A DNA stretch of 63,580 nt, filler included, from Octopus bimaculoides (lineage: Eukaryota): assembly GCF_001194135.2 (NCBI RefSeq). It is 5 parts of 5 records of this genome, joined end to end, with 100 filler letters (N's around TTAATTAATTAA, not from the genome) between each part and the next. Parts side by side here need not be neighbours in the genome. Positions count along the whole stretch, not along the records: positions 60,061 to 63,580 come from NW_026366615.1; 4 more parts are not named here. One strand, given 5' to 3'. Below, piece after piece: positions 63,539 to 63,580 of the stretch (the first letter of the stretch is position 1; each line of letters starts with the position of its first letter). The notes beneath the pieces were generated by a model. It was not told the origin of the DNA. It was given only the letters and a program-made list of their open reading frames with translations, and made no database searches. The translations under genes and the position numbers were made by a program.

Positions 63539-63540
<2 letters not shown>
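63175..63540 (-). mobile_element. R4/Dong-type LINE restriction-like endonuclease C-terminus, abutting (TAA)n
   Basis: QIEIAVPSDQNIVQKEVKKLLKYKDFKIEV...VPVIIGALG...IQKIALLGTAHIL, preceded on its own strand by (TAA)n at 63540-63580. Confidence 0.8.

Positions 63541-63580
<40 letters not shown>

Overview
AT-rich, gappy animal genomic DNA dominated by repeats. The SINE families and microsatellite load look like an octopod cephalopod, but this is inference from recalled repeat families and was not verified. The main host feature is a + strand, intron-rich gene. Seven exons were reconstructed by eye (32806-54837, 1533 nt, 511 codons, all GT-AG, all phases compatible, no internal stops). They encode EGF - VWD - C8 - TIL - TILa/EGF-like - PAN/apple. 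The VWD has lost the GDPH auto-cleavage motif, and the TIL has lost exactly one disulfide pair. The 5' exon(s) were not found and the last exon is uncertain. The rest is a mix of transposons: a full-length degenerate Chapaev3 element (TIRs, TTA TSD, intron), several mariner/maT/Tigger copies, a CR1-like LINE, HERO and R4/Dong restriction-like-endonuclease LINE fragments, Penelope-like elements carrying minimal hammerhead ribozymes, a Helitron fragment and at least three tRNA-derived SINE families. There is also a tRNA-Ser pseudogene. Assembly artefacts are present: four synthetic 44N-TTAATTAATTAA-44N spacers and three duplications flanking gaps. Most ORFs in the supplied track are microsatellite or N-run artefacts. 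No CRISPR, rRNA or prokaryotic features are supported.
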